Shown: positions 1 to 14,846 of the stretch, in pieces
Layout: the number at the start of each line of letters is the position of its first letter
How positions within the stretch are numbered: position 1 is the first letter of the stretch
NCBI RefSeq assembly: GCF_963506605.1
Contig: NC_083289.1
Location: 10,850,001 to 10,914,000 of the forward strand
Direction: 5' to 3'
Source: Zootoca vivipara
Lineage: Eukaryota
Length of the DNA stretch: 64,000 bases
Notes under the pieces: model-generated
What the model saw: the letters and a program-made list of their open reading frames with translations, nothing else
The model's database searches: none
What the model was told of the DNA's origin: nothing
Made by a program: the position numbers and the translations under genes

Positions 1-120
1 ACACAATAGCTTGTGCAATCTGTTGCACAAGTTTCTTCTAGCACAACTGTTGTGTTGGATTCTTCTGTTGTGTGATATTAAAACTCACCTGTCCGTCCTT
101 GTACCGGGGACACAGGATAC

Positions 121-123
<3 letters not shown>

Positions 124-169
<46 letters not shown>

Positions 170-176
170 TGTGTGT
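124..176. repeat. (CT)n(GT)n compound microsatellite
   Basis: Direct reading. Confidence 0.95.
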
Positions 177-799
177 TTGATATACGTTTTCTTTGTTATT
201 CCAGTTCTGTCCCCAACAGATGGAAGTGAGCACATGGAGAACTGCTCTTTTACAAAGAGGGTGTGTGTGTGTCAAGTAAATATAGGGGTCCCGCAATGGG
301 GGAGCAAGCTCCTTACCTGCCCCCCACCTTTCCCCTGGATTTGTCGTCATTCAAAACATGTGAAGATCTTCTCTCTTTTTCATTTCATTTTAAAATTATC
401 TTTATCTTCCTTTCTTCTTTTTCTTCTTTTATCTGCTTTGCTTTTGTTTATGTTTTGTTTTGTTCTTTGGTGTCCTCTGCTCTGGGTTAAAGAGGGTATG
501 CACACAAAGGTGATGTCTGGCTGGTGTAAGATGCCCTGAGTGAGAGGCAGGGAAGGAGAGATCTCCACCACTTTCGGTGCAAGACAAGGGTTAAGATTTA
601 CCTCCGAGAGAGGGTTTTGTATCCCCCCCCTTCTTCTCTTTTCCTTTCCTTTCCCCCTTCTTTCCCTTCTTTTTTATTATTTAGTTTTATTTTCATTGTA
701 TTTTATGGTGAAAAGTTTCAATAAAAATCTATGCAGAAAACTCAAAACATGTGTGGAGAAAATGCCCGTTTCATTTTGTGGTGCTCCATTAACATGCTT

Positions 800-953
800 G
801 GATAGCTCCATTGGTAAGAGCGTGGTGCTGATAACACCAGGGGTGCTGGCTTGATCCCCATATGGGAGAGCTGCATATTCCTGCATTGCAGGAGGGTTTG
901 ATCCCCAGGACCCCTTTCCAACTCTACAATTCTATAATTCTATGATTCTGTGA
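800..953 (+). mobile_element. tRNA-headed SINE with CR1-type tail
   Basis: A/B-box-like head (tagctccattggtaagagcg...ggcttgatccc), then ttccaactct and (ATTCTATG)-like repeats. Confidence 0.7.
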
Positions 954-995
954 TCTATCCAGCCCCCTGATACCTCTCTTGTTTGTCGCTAATAG

Positions 996-5693
<4,698 letters not shown>

Positions 5694-6592
5694 TGCCTCC
5701 AAGATTCCATTATGCCAGTATTTCTATTTAAAAAACATTGAACCATACACAAGACACAAGCAAAGGCTTCCTTGTGCATAGGCTTTGGCTTGTCATAGAC
5801 TGGAAGGTGGCATTTGGCTGCAGACCAGGAAAGTCGCTAGGACCCAAACACTGAATTTTTACAAGGAGTGTTAATAGTTGCCTGAAGTCACACCCTCTTA
5901 TTATGGGGCCTCTTCTTATTCCTTCCAAAGAGGCAGTAGGTTTGGGTGTATGTATGTATGTATGCATATGTGTGGAGATGCACTTTGTACCTGCTCAGAG
6001 AACTCATAATTGTTTCCATAGCCAAGTTTTGGCCTTGAAAACAGGTTCTTGGACTCAAATTCAGCTCTAATTTTAACTATAAAACTCGCTCCTAGTGCTG
6101 TAAAGTGCTTCTAGCCCACAAAGCTTAGAATGAACAAGTAGCACATTTTCCTTTAAAGACAATCAAGTGTACTTCTTGAATTCATAGAAGAGGAAACACA
6201 GTGGAAGGGGGGCGTTTTCCTCTACCTTACTAAAGGACAGCACCATGGAAGAGTGTAAGAACACAATGATTGGAAAATGCAGCCTCTAAAATAACCTTCC
6301 TGGTTATTTAAAACTTAAGATTTTTCTTGGCTAACATCCTGTATTGAAGTAAATTTGGGGGACAATCAAGGCACACCACAGCTTGTACATGAAACAAAGA
6401 GAAGGTGGGGCACATGCCTTGCCTAAGCCAACAGAAATGCTTGACTCGGCCACCTTTCATACTAAGCGGGAGATATGAGTTCTGAACTTTTTATGTGACA
6501 AATGGGCACAGTTTGAAGGCAGAATCCGTTTCTCAGGGGCTGCTGATTCAGGAATTGAGGAATTTGCTGGCTCTTGGGCTTGTATAAGTGTT

Positions 6593-6598
6593 AATAAA
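6593..6598 (+). terminator. Candidate NR2E3 polyadenylation signal
   Basis: AATAAA about 0.9 kb past the stop codon, followed by a T-rich stretch. Confidence 0.55.
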
Positions 6599-6930
6599 CT
6601 GGAAGCTTGTATACTTTTTATTTAATTTTTAAAAATCCGTTTACTGTTTGCAGTTCTGACCCATTCACATGTGGAAAGTCCAATCCTAGACTTATTACAG
6701 CGGACACCCACCGTCTTTCTAGGGATTGCCAGACTACAAACTGGAGAACATCATTTATATTAAAGAACTGATGATCCAGTTCTGTGGAAGACCCCTGCCC
6801 CCTTTGGTTAGACTTCACTTTCATGACAATCAGTAAGGCTGTTGATGACAGATGACAACAAACTGAACTTGCTGGAATGTCAGGAACAAACCCTTTTCAT
6901 AACCAATGACTAATGCCTGGAATAGAGGCA

Positions 6931-7509
6931 TGAGAAAGCGAGTAGCATTCTGCTAGGTACAGAGTTATGAAAACGTATAACCAGTTCTCCTGATTCTGTT
7001 TTTCTAGAAGGGAAAAAATAAGATGTTTATATGGAAGGGCAATCACACTCAGGTTAGCGGGATGAAAGCATCCAGAATGCTAAGAAAAGGGTTAATGTTC
7101 ACAATGGCTATAGCGTTCCAAGATAGGATTCTGGGATGTGATATACCTTTTTCTAGAGGCAGTTGGTACAGTTATGTCAGTTATGAACAGTCTTATGTGT
7201 GACAGCAGCTGAGCAGTCAGTCTGTCTGCCTCAGAGTTAGTCAGTCTTTAGTTTTTGTCTTAGATACAAATCTATGTAAGATGTATTCGTAACCTGAGTA
7301 ACACCTGCCTGTCTTGTACATTATTCCAACAAGTGCAAGTACACTGAGTAAAAGTTATTTGTTATTTAAACTTTAAAAAGAGTGTGTCTCGCGTAATTTT
7401 TATAGGAGGGGAAAGGGAACTAATTAAAGGGTTAAATGACCCAGTCTCTTCTTTCGCATAGCTCTGTAAATGGGAACTAGTCTAATTTCCACAAGATTCT
7501 GCTACTACA
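6931..7509 (+). mobile_element. Solo LTR type 1, copy A
   Basis: TG...CA termini, apparent 4-bp TSD GGCA (6927-6930, 7510-7513), AGTAAA-type poly(A) signal. Confidence 0.6.
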
Positions 7510-7528
7510 GGCATCAGTGGGTGGCAAG

Positions 7529-8443
7529 TGTGATGGAAAAGTTAGTTTGTTGGGGAGGTTAGGTCACCAAGTGTTTTTCTTCTTTTCTTTTTCCTGCCAG
7601 TGTCTGATTGGCTGGGGTCCAGGGGTGGCAGTTTAAAAGGAGAGGATTTGGAGAGACAGGTTGAGAGGCTGGAAGATAGGGAGTTGTTCTGGGTAGAAAT
7701 ATCCACGCTGAGGAACAGATCAAAAGCTATAGAAAGGAGTCTCTGAGCTTAGTGTGAAGGACAGTGTGTGGTGTCCTGTGAGAGTAATAGGCCAGGAATT
7801 AACTGGGAGGCCGAGGGTAAGCCAGGAGAAATAGTAGCTGGAAAGATACTGTCTACTTAGGTCTCATTCCAGTCAGGAAGGGAGAGATTCTTCTAGAAAG
7901 AGAAGACTCCCAAACCAGTTAAGAGGGGTGTGACAATCCCTTGGGTCTGTTACGTGGAGTACCTCAGGAGTAGGATTGTCAAAGGGGTGTGTGTCACCTT
8001 GTTTAAGAACCAAAGTATTAAGCAACAACAGCTATGTAACACCTGAGAAAGAACTGAAGTGAAATAACTGGAAATAAGCTGAGCATTTACAATTTAGTCT
8101 AAAAACCTGTAATCTCTACCTGAAGCGAAGTAACTGAACATAAGCAACTGACATTTAAAAGAAGCTGTGCTTGATTAAGAGTCCGTAACATCAGTTAGAT
8201 TTAGTATAAATATTATTAGGTGAACCGTTACTTGAAATAACATCATAACCTGAAGTACCCTTTGTTTTACCCACTTTGTGTCAAAAACTTCATTTAATAA
8301 AACCTTTCTTGTTTGACCAAATCCTGCCTGAGACTCCAAATCATTAAATTTTTCCTCACACAAGTCCCCCACTAGATAATCTGAGGTAAATTGAAGAAGT
8401 TCGTGTAATTGGTGTACCGTGAAAGGGCCGTTGCGCCGTCACA
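7529..8443 (+). mobile_element. Solo LTR type 2, copy A
   Basis: TGTGATGG...CCGTCACA inverted termini, 5-bp TSD GCAAG/GCAAA, ATTGG at 7607, TTTAAAA at 7632, AATAAA at 8296. Confidence 0.8.
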
Positions 8444-8489
8444 GCAAATATAACTATCCTAGCTCCAGACACAAAGCCAATCGATACAA

Positions 8490-8897
8490 TTGATTTAAAA
8501 TCACTTTTTTTTGCTGAACATCAGTATTAAGCAAAATCAAAACAAAATGAGAGACTACTTGAAGCTCTTTGATAGTATTATGGTTACTAAAGTTCAGTAT
8601 AAATATGTTGGTTTTTTAAAAAACTTTCCCCCCACAATGTGGGACTTAACTCCCCCCCTTTAATATGGGACCTTTAAGCCAGGAAGGTAAATGGGTGGGG
8701 GGGATTGTAGAATTAGATTTGAGGGCTTGGCCGTGTGAAACAATGGAAGATAGTAATTTTTTGCAGCCTTATGAGGCAACTCCCATCAGTACATTGGGTC
8801 TTTGTGATTAAATAGCTGTGAATGTGGGGGGGGGGAGCTCCAGGTCTTGACTTTGTATGTATCTTTTAAAGTGGACATTTGGGGAGCCCCATTTTTT
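8490..8897 (-). repeat. Inverted copy of 13073-13530 (MYO9A 3' UTR)
   Basis: Reverse-complement matches, e.g. gagactacttgaagctctttgatagtattatggttact vs agtaaccataatactatcaaagagcttcaagtagtctc. Confidence 0.93.
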
Positions 8898-9492
8898 AAA
8901 CAGACTGACTGTGACAGCAGCCCTCCTTACTGCTTCTCCACCCATCTGCATTTTGCTTGAGTACAGTGATTCTGGGAGTGACTTTTCCCCTGCCCGTCAG
9001 TCTGTTTGTGGAGCTTTTTGCTCATCTAGCAGCAGAGTGTGTCCAGGGCATAGCCAGAAAAACAAAGGGGGTTCTATCTCCTGATATTTATGCTGCCTAT
9101 CCTGTGCCCTGAAAACAGAACACTGTTGTGGTTATGGCTACTGAACATTTGACACAAATATTTGGGACTGACCTACTTGGAATCAAACTGGCATTTGTTA
9201 TTCTGACCTTTTTTTAAGTCAAAAAGGTCACTTTTCCACTGACAGTTTTCTGAGAAGTGCTTGGGTAGAAATGAACATTTTAAAATATCTGACAACACAA
9301 TGAAGCAAATAAGGAATAGCTTCAAACAAGAGCTTGGTCTCCTTTATGCTTCGGGTCCTCCTAAGAGGGCCCATGCTTATGAATCCCAGTGCAAAAACCC
9401 AATCCCTAAAGTCGGCTGGTTTGACTGCTGGGATCAAGAACAGGTCCCTGAACTTGAAGCAGCAAGATGCCACGGATGAGATGTTACAATTT
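8893..9492 (+). repeat. Direct copy of 13531-14330 (MYO9A 3' UTR) lacking about 14109-14290
   Basis: Near-identical runs; paralogous ORFs 9261/13901 and 9334/14001 in the track. Confidence 0.95.
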
Positions 9493-9494
9493 AA

Positions 9495-9995
9495 ACAGTT
9501 CTCCTGCTCTTGGGTTTTTCTAGAAGGGGAAAGATAGGAAGTTTATATGGAAGGGCAATCACACTCAGATTAGCGGGACAAAAGCATCCAAAATGCTAAG
9601 AAAAGGGTTAATGTTCACAACGGCTATAGCATGCCAAGATAGGATTCTGGGATGTCATATACCTTTTTCCAGAGGCAGTTGGTACAATTATGTCAGTTAT
9701 GAACAGTCTTATGCGTGACAGCAGCTGAGCAGTCAGTCTGTTCAGCTGCTGTCTGCCTCAGAGTTAGTCAGTCTGTAAGAGTCTTTGTCTTAGATACAAA
9801 TCTATGTAAGTAACACCTGCCTGCCTTGTACATTTACTCTAACAAGTGCAAGTTCACTGAGTAAAAAGTTATTTAATATTTAAACTTTAAAAAGAATGTG
9901 TCTTGCGTAATTTTTATAGGAGGGGAAAGGAACTAATTAAAGGGTTAAACGACCCATTCTCTTCTTTCGCATAGCTCTGTAAATGGGAACTAGCA
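9495..9995 (+). mobile_element. Solo LTR type 1, copy B (truncated duplicate)
   Basis: Aligns to about 6980-7480. Confidence 0.65.
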
Positions 9996-10019
9996 TCAGG
10001 CATTTGCTAGGGTGGCAAG

Positions 10020-10952
10020 AGTGACGGAAAAGTTTGTTTGTTGGGCAGGTTAGGTCACCAAGTGTTTTTCTTTCTTTTCTTTTTCCTGCTAGCAAACCGT
10101 TAACAAACAACAGCTTCTGATTGGCTGGGGTTCCAGGGGTGGCAGTTTAAAAGGAGAGGATTTGGAGAGAAAGGTTGAGAATCTGGGAGATAGGGAGTTG
10201 GTTCTGGGTAGAAACATCCACTTTCAGGAATTTATCAAAAACTACAGAAAGGAGTCTCTGAGCTCAGTATGAAGGACAGTGTGTAGTGTCCTGTGAGAGT
10301 AATAGGCCAGGAATTAACTGGGAGGCTGAGGCTAAGCCAGGAGAAATAGAAGCTGTAAAAGAGACAGTCTACTTACCGGTAGGTCTCTTTCCGGTCAGGA
10401 GGGGAGAGATTCTTCTAGAAAGAGAAGACTCCCAAACCAGTTAAGAGGGGTGTGGCAATCCCTTGGAGTACCTCAGGAGTAGGATTGTCAAAGCGGTGTG
10501 TAACTGACAGAAAGTGCAACCTTTTTTAAGAACCAAAGTATTAAGCAACAACAGCTATGCAACACCTGAGAAGAACTGAAGTGAAATAACTGGAAATAAG
10601 CTGAGCATTTACCATTTAGTCTAAAAACCTATAATCTCTACCTGAAGTGAAGAAACTGAACATACGCAACTGAAGTTTAAAAGAAGCTGCGTTTAACCTG
10701 AAATACCCTTTGTTTTACCCGCTTTGTGTCAAAAACTTCCTTTGTTTAATAAAACCTTTCTTGTTTGTTTGATCAAATCCTGCCCGAGACTCCAATCATT
10801 AAGTTTTCCCCTCACACAAGTCTGCCATTAGAAAATCTGGGGTAAATTGAAGAAGTTTGTGCAATTGCTGTACTGTGAGGTGGTTGCACTATATGCAAGT
10901 GAGGGACGGCCCGACGGTACCATGGTGAGAAAGGGCCGTTGGCACCGTCGCA
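10020..10952 (+). mobile_element. Solo LTR type 2, copy B
   Basis: Aligns to 7529-8443; GCAAG at 10015-10019 and 10953-10957; AATAAA at 10748. Confidence 0.8.
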
Positions 10953-11196
10953 GCAAGTACATTATAACTATCCTAGCCCCAGACACAATGCCAATTGACA
11001 CAATCAGCAAAACCTACAGTACATGACAGACTTCTCCTAGGAAAATACCATTGCAGAGCATCTAATGATCCAATGAAAAATCACGTTTGAGTAGTTTTCC
11101 GTATTTAAAAACCCAGCACCTCCCTGCGTGTAGAAAAGTAGCACATATGGGGAGGGGATCCCCGACTTCTTCCCATATGACAAGATTTCCTTAATG

Positions 11197-11204
11197 CACA
11201 CACA

Positions 11205-11254
<50 letters not shown>

Positions 11255-11262
11255 CAGAGAGA
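11197..11262. repeat. (CA)n(GA)n compound microsatellite
   Basis: Direct reading. Confidence 0.95.
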
Positions 11263-11487
11263 GCGCTCTCCTGCCTCCTAGTGATTAAAATGTGCCCTCG
11301 CAGTCTGAAGTGGCATAGTCCCAGAATCACATAATTTATATGGCTTTGTTATCACTTCCCTAAAAAACTTCTGCTTCTAACTTAGGTTTCATGCTCTCAA
11401 TATTGCCCTGTCTCCCAAAGACACAAAAGCCTTTGTCTAGATGGTTGATTATGATTACCAAGTATGGAAAAAATCTGCCACTATCAT

Positions 11488-11493
11488 TTTATT
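11488..11493 (-). terminator. Candidate distal MYO9A polyadenylation signal
   Basis: AATAAA on the - strand at the end of an AU-rich stretch about 2.9 kb past the stop. A second candidate lies at 12515-12520. Confidence 0.5.
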
Positions 11494-14352
11494 TTCCATT
11501 GTTTTCTTCTTTAATAAGCTAGAAGTTATTTGTTCATAAAGTTGTTTTTGTACAGCCATATAGTATCATATTTACAAAATATTACACAAATTGCACTTTG
11601 AATATGACGGCCTTGTTCCAGGAAAGAGAAACAAAAATAACATTAATTTAAAAAACTAAAGAAACCTCCAGACATGAAATTACAATGTGCCAGCTAACTG
11701 CAAGCCAGCTGGTTCAGTGAGCAAAATAAAGCATTTTCCTTTATAGAATTCTTCTTTAAACATGTAAGATTTATAGAGTATGACACAGGACAATATATCC
11801 TTTTACAATACATAAGTCTTTTAAAATTTACACTCAGTATACTTATAAATTACTTTTAAAAAATCCATTAAAAATAACTATATGCAGCCAACGTCCTTTC
11901 TAGTGGTGAGTACATTCACTTAATACCATGAGTGGGGAGAAAAAATTCCAAGACCCTGTACTTACTGCACAGGGTCAGGGAGTGCAGGTGGGGAAGAGCA
12001 GACTGCTATCTTGGAAGACAGGTATCAGGCAAAACTATGGGTGGGGAAATTAATGGAAACACTTTTTTTCTTCCTGTTGCCAGTATCAAAAACAAAACAA
12101 ACAGTGCAACAACTGAAACTCTGGCTTGGACCCATCTGAATTATGTGATTGTATCTCCTCCTCCCCCAACAAGGCCAGTGCTGAAAGGAAGGCTTTGCAC
12201 TGGAAGAAATAGGAATTAGTACCCTGGAGTGTATGCAGAGCCTAGCACTTCCCAACAGAGCAACTAGTCAAAATGAGAAGACAAGTTTCCAAAGGATCTT
12301 GGGTGCACTTGCTGAGTGTGGCTCAAATAGAAACAAGCACCTAATGTGTGTGGGGGAAATGCAATGACTGTCATGCAGTTCGGGACCAAGAGCAGGATTG
12401 GGGGGGGGGGGGAGAGGAGAGGAGTGCAGCTTATTAGTCTGCAACATACTAGCATTTAGAGAGGTGGGTTCAAAGAGTAGGGTACCCTTTCTGGCTGTGG
12501 GTGTCCTACATTGCTTTATTCCTTTTCCTCTCTTTCTTAAAGGGTAATTTGAAGCAGGAAGAGCACAGCTGAGGATTCCCATGTCAGCAGCCAGACAAAG
12601 TCTGACTAACAGGGCAAGTGCAAAAGAGTAAAGTGGCAGTAGATATCGAGTGGGATGAGGTTTGTCCAGCTAGTTTGTGCCACGAGACCCACACAAATGA
12701 AGCTGCAATTTTTAATTGCCTTTTTTGGGGGTGGGTGGGGGGTAATTGGAGGCCCCGGACTGAATTTGGAAGGGGCTGCTCGCATGTTTGGTTTTAAACC
12801 ACCAACTCATCACTGATTCTTAGCCAGTCAGACCACTCAGACTGGAAATGAGGCGTAGGACCTGCATACAATCACTAACAAAAGCTGGAAACTAAAGGTT
12901 ATCAAATTCCCTGCTCTCATGCATACCATCACAGTACACTGCCCCTGTTGGTAGATTTTTTTTAATATTAAAAGGTTTTTTAAAATTACAGCTATATTTG
13001 CATGGGTGATACAAAGCAGCTGGGCAAACCTTATCCATCTGAATATTTTCTGCTATCCTCAGTGATGCTCTGAAAAAAAATGGGGCTCCCCAAAGGTCCA
13101 CTTTAAAAGATACATACATTACTGCTAAAGTCAAGAACTGGAGCAAATTTTCCCACACACACATTCACAGCCATTTCATCACAAAGACGAACTCCTGAAA
13201 GCTCCAAATCCAAGGTACTGGTGGGAATTACCTCATGACATTAGGATGCAAAAAACGACTAGTTTCTGTTGTTTCACACTGTCAAGACCTCAGAACTAAT
13301 TCTAGCATCCCCCCCCCATTTACCTTCCTGGCTTAAATGTCCCACATTAAAGGGGGGGGGAGTTAAGTCCCACATTGTGGGGTGGGTGGGTTAAAAAACA
13401 AAACAAAACAAAACATATTTACATTGAACTTCAGTAACCATAATACTATCAAAGAGCTTCAAGTAGTCTCTGATTTTGTTTTGACTTTGCTTAATACTGA
13501 TGTTCAGCAAAAATGTGATGTTAAATCACATTTTAAACAGACCGATTGTGACAGCAGCCCTCCTTACTGCTTCTCCACCCATCTGCATTTTGCTTGAGTA
13601 AAGTGATTCTGGGAGTGACTTTTTTCCTGCCCGTCAGTCTGTTTGTGGAGCTTTTTGCTCATCTAGCAGCAGAGTGTGTCCAGGACATAGCCAGAAAAAC
13701 AAAGGGGGTTCTATCTCCTAATATTTATGCTGCCTATCCTGTGCCCTGAAAACAGAACACCTGTTGTGGTTATGGCTACTGAACATTCGGCACAAATATT
13801 TGGCATTGACCTAACTGGAATCAAACTGGCATTTGTTATTCTGACCCTTTTTTTTAAAGTCAAAAAGCTCACTTTTCCACAACAGGTATGCACCTGACGG
13901 TTGTCTGAGAAGTGCTTGGGTAGAAATGAACGTTTTAAAATATCTGACAACACAATGAAGCAAATAAGGAATAGCTTCAAACAAGAGCTCGGTCTCATTT
14001 ATGCTGTGGGTCCTTCTAAGAGGGCCCATGCTTATGAATCCCAGTGCAAAAACCCAATCCCCAAAGTTGGCTGCTTTGACAGCTGGGATCAAGAATAGGT
14101 CCCTGAACTCCAATTATCTTCTGGTGTTCTTGTCTGCTTGCACATTCCCTTGCCCATCACAGACAGAACTGGGGATTGACAGAATATGCAGATACAGCTC
14201 ACTGGCCATTCCTTCCTTCAGGTTTACTGAGGGAACACACTGAGTCCCAACACACTGAGTTCCAGAACACCGGTGGCAGCAGACGGTGTTGAAGAAGCAG
14301 CAGGGTGCCATGGATGAGATGTTACAATTTTGCTGCGATCAGCTGGTGCGGC

Positions 14353-14846
14353 TCATACCATAAATTCATTGTTTCCAAGTAGCACCAGCTGCTGGGCATT
14401 GTTGTAATTGGCAGCATCAGGCTGTCTCTTCTGGCCTGGCCCGGCAGTTGCCTCTGGGAGCTCTTTGGCTTTTGGTGGGGAGTTCTTCACATTCTTCAGC
14501 TTCTGCTTGCCCTTCTCGGGATTGAAAGTCCCTCTAGTGGTGAACTGCGGCTTGTCATCCAAACCTCTGAGGTGCCCTGGCGCTTGTTCGAGTGCCGAGG
14601 CATCCCCAGAGGGAGCTGCCCGGTAGAAAGGCGATTTTGAGTATATCTGGAATCGCTTCCTAGTTACATGAGGTAAGCAGGAGGAGGAGGAGGAGGAGGA
14701 GGAAGGGGAGGGTGACAGAGATGGAGCAGACACAGAGGAGTCTACTGACTCCACAGATTCCTGCTGCTTCTTCAGATGCCTTCGAGGTCTGGTAGTGATG
14801 GTGTCTGCCTTGATGGGTCTGGCGAAGCCAAGTGCTAAATTTCTAT
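14353..14846 (-). CDS. MYO9A: MYO9A last coding exon
   Basis: tgccag|AT; [10 protein letters not shown]...[13 protein letters not shown]...[13 protein letters not shown]...GNNEFMV*. Confidence 0.93.

Noticed and set aside
1-995. NR2E3 first coding exon or promoter
   Set aside because: No convincing ATG exon with a phase-1 donor; the region holds a microsatellite and a SINE and is probably intron 1.
8490-9492. Retrocopy with twin-priming 5' inversion
   Set aside because: The geometry fits only an antisense transcript; there is no poly(A) tail or TSD, the internal deletion lacks GT-AG ends, and the copy sits next to its source.
9228-9537. Paralogous small ORFs (9228, 9261, 9334 versus 13811, 13901, 14001) as a microprotein family
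   Set aside because: They are by-products of duplicated UTR sequence; starts and stops differ between copies.
7529-10952. Full LTR retroelement that captured the MYO9A 3' UTR (two LTRs, outer GCAAG TSD)
   Set aside because: Each LTR has the TSD on both sides and the external flanks are duplicated too. There is no primer-binding site after LTR A and no polypurine tract before LTR B. A segmental duplication explains it better.
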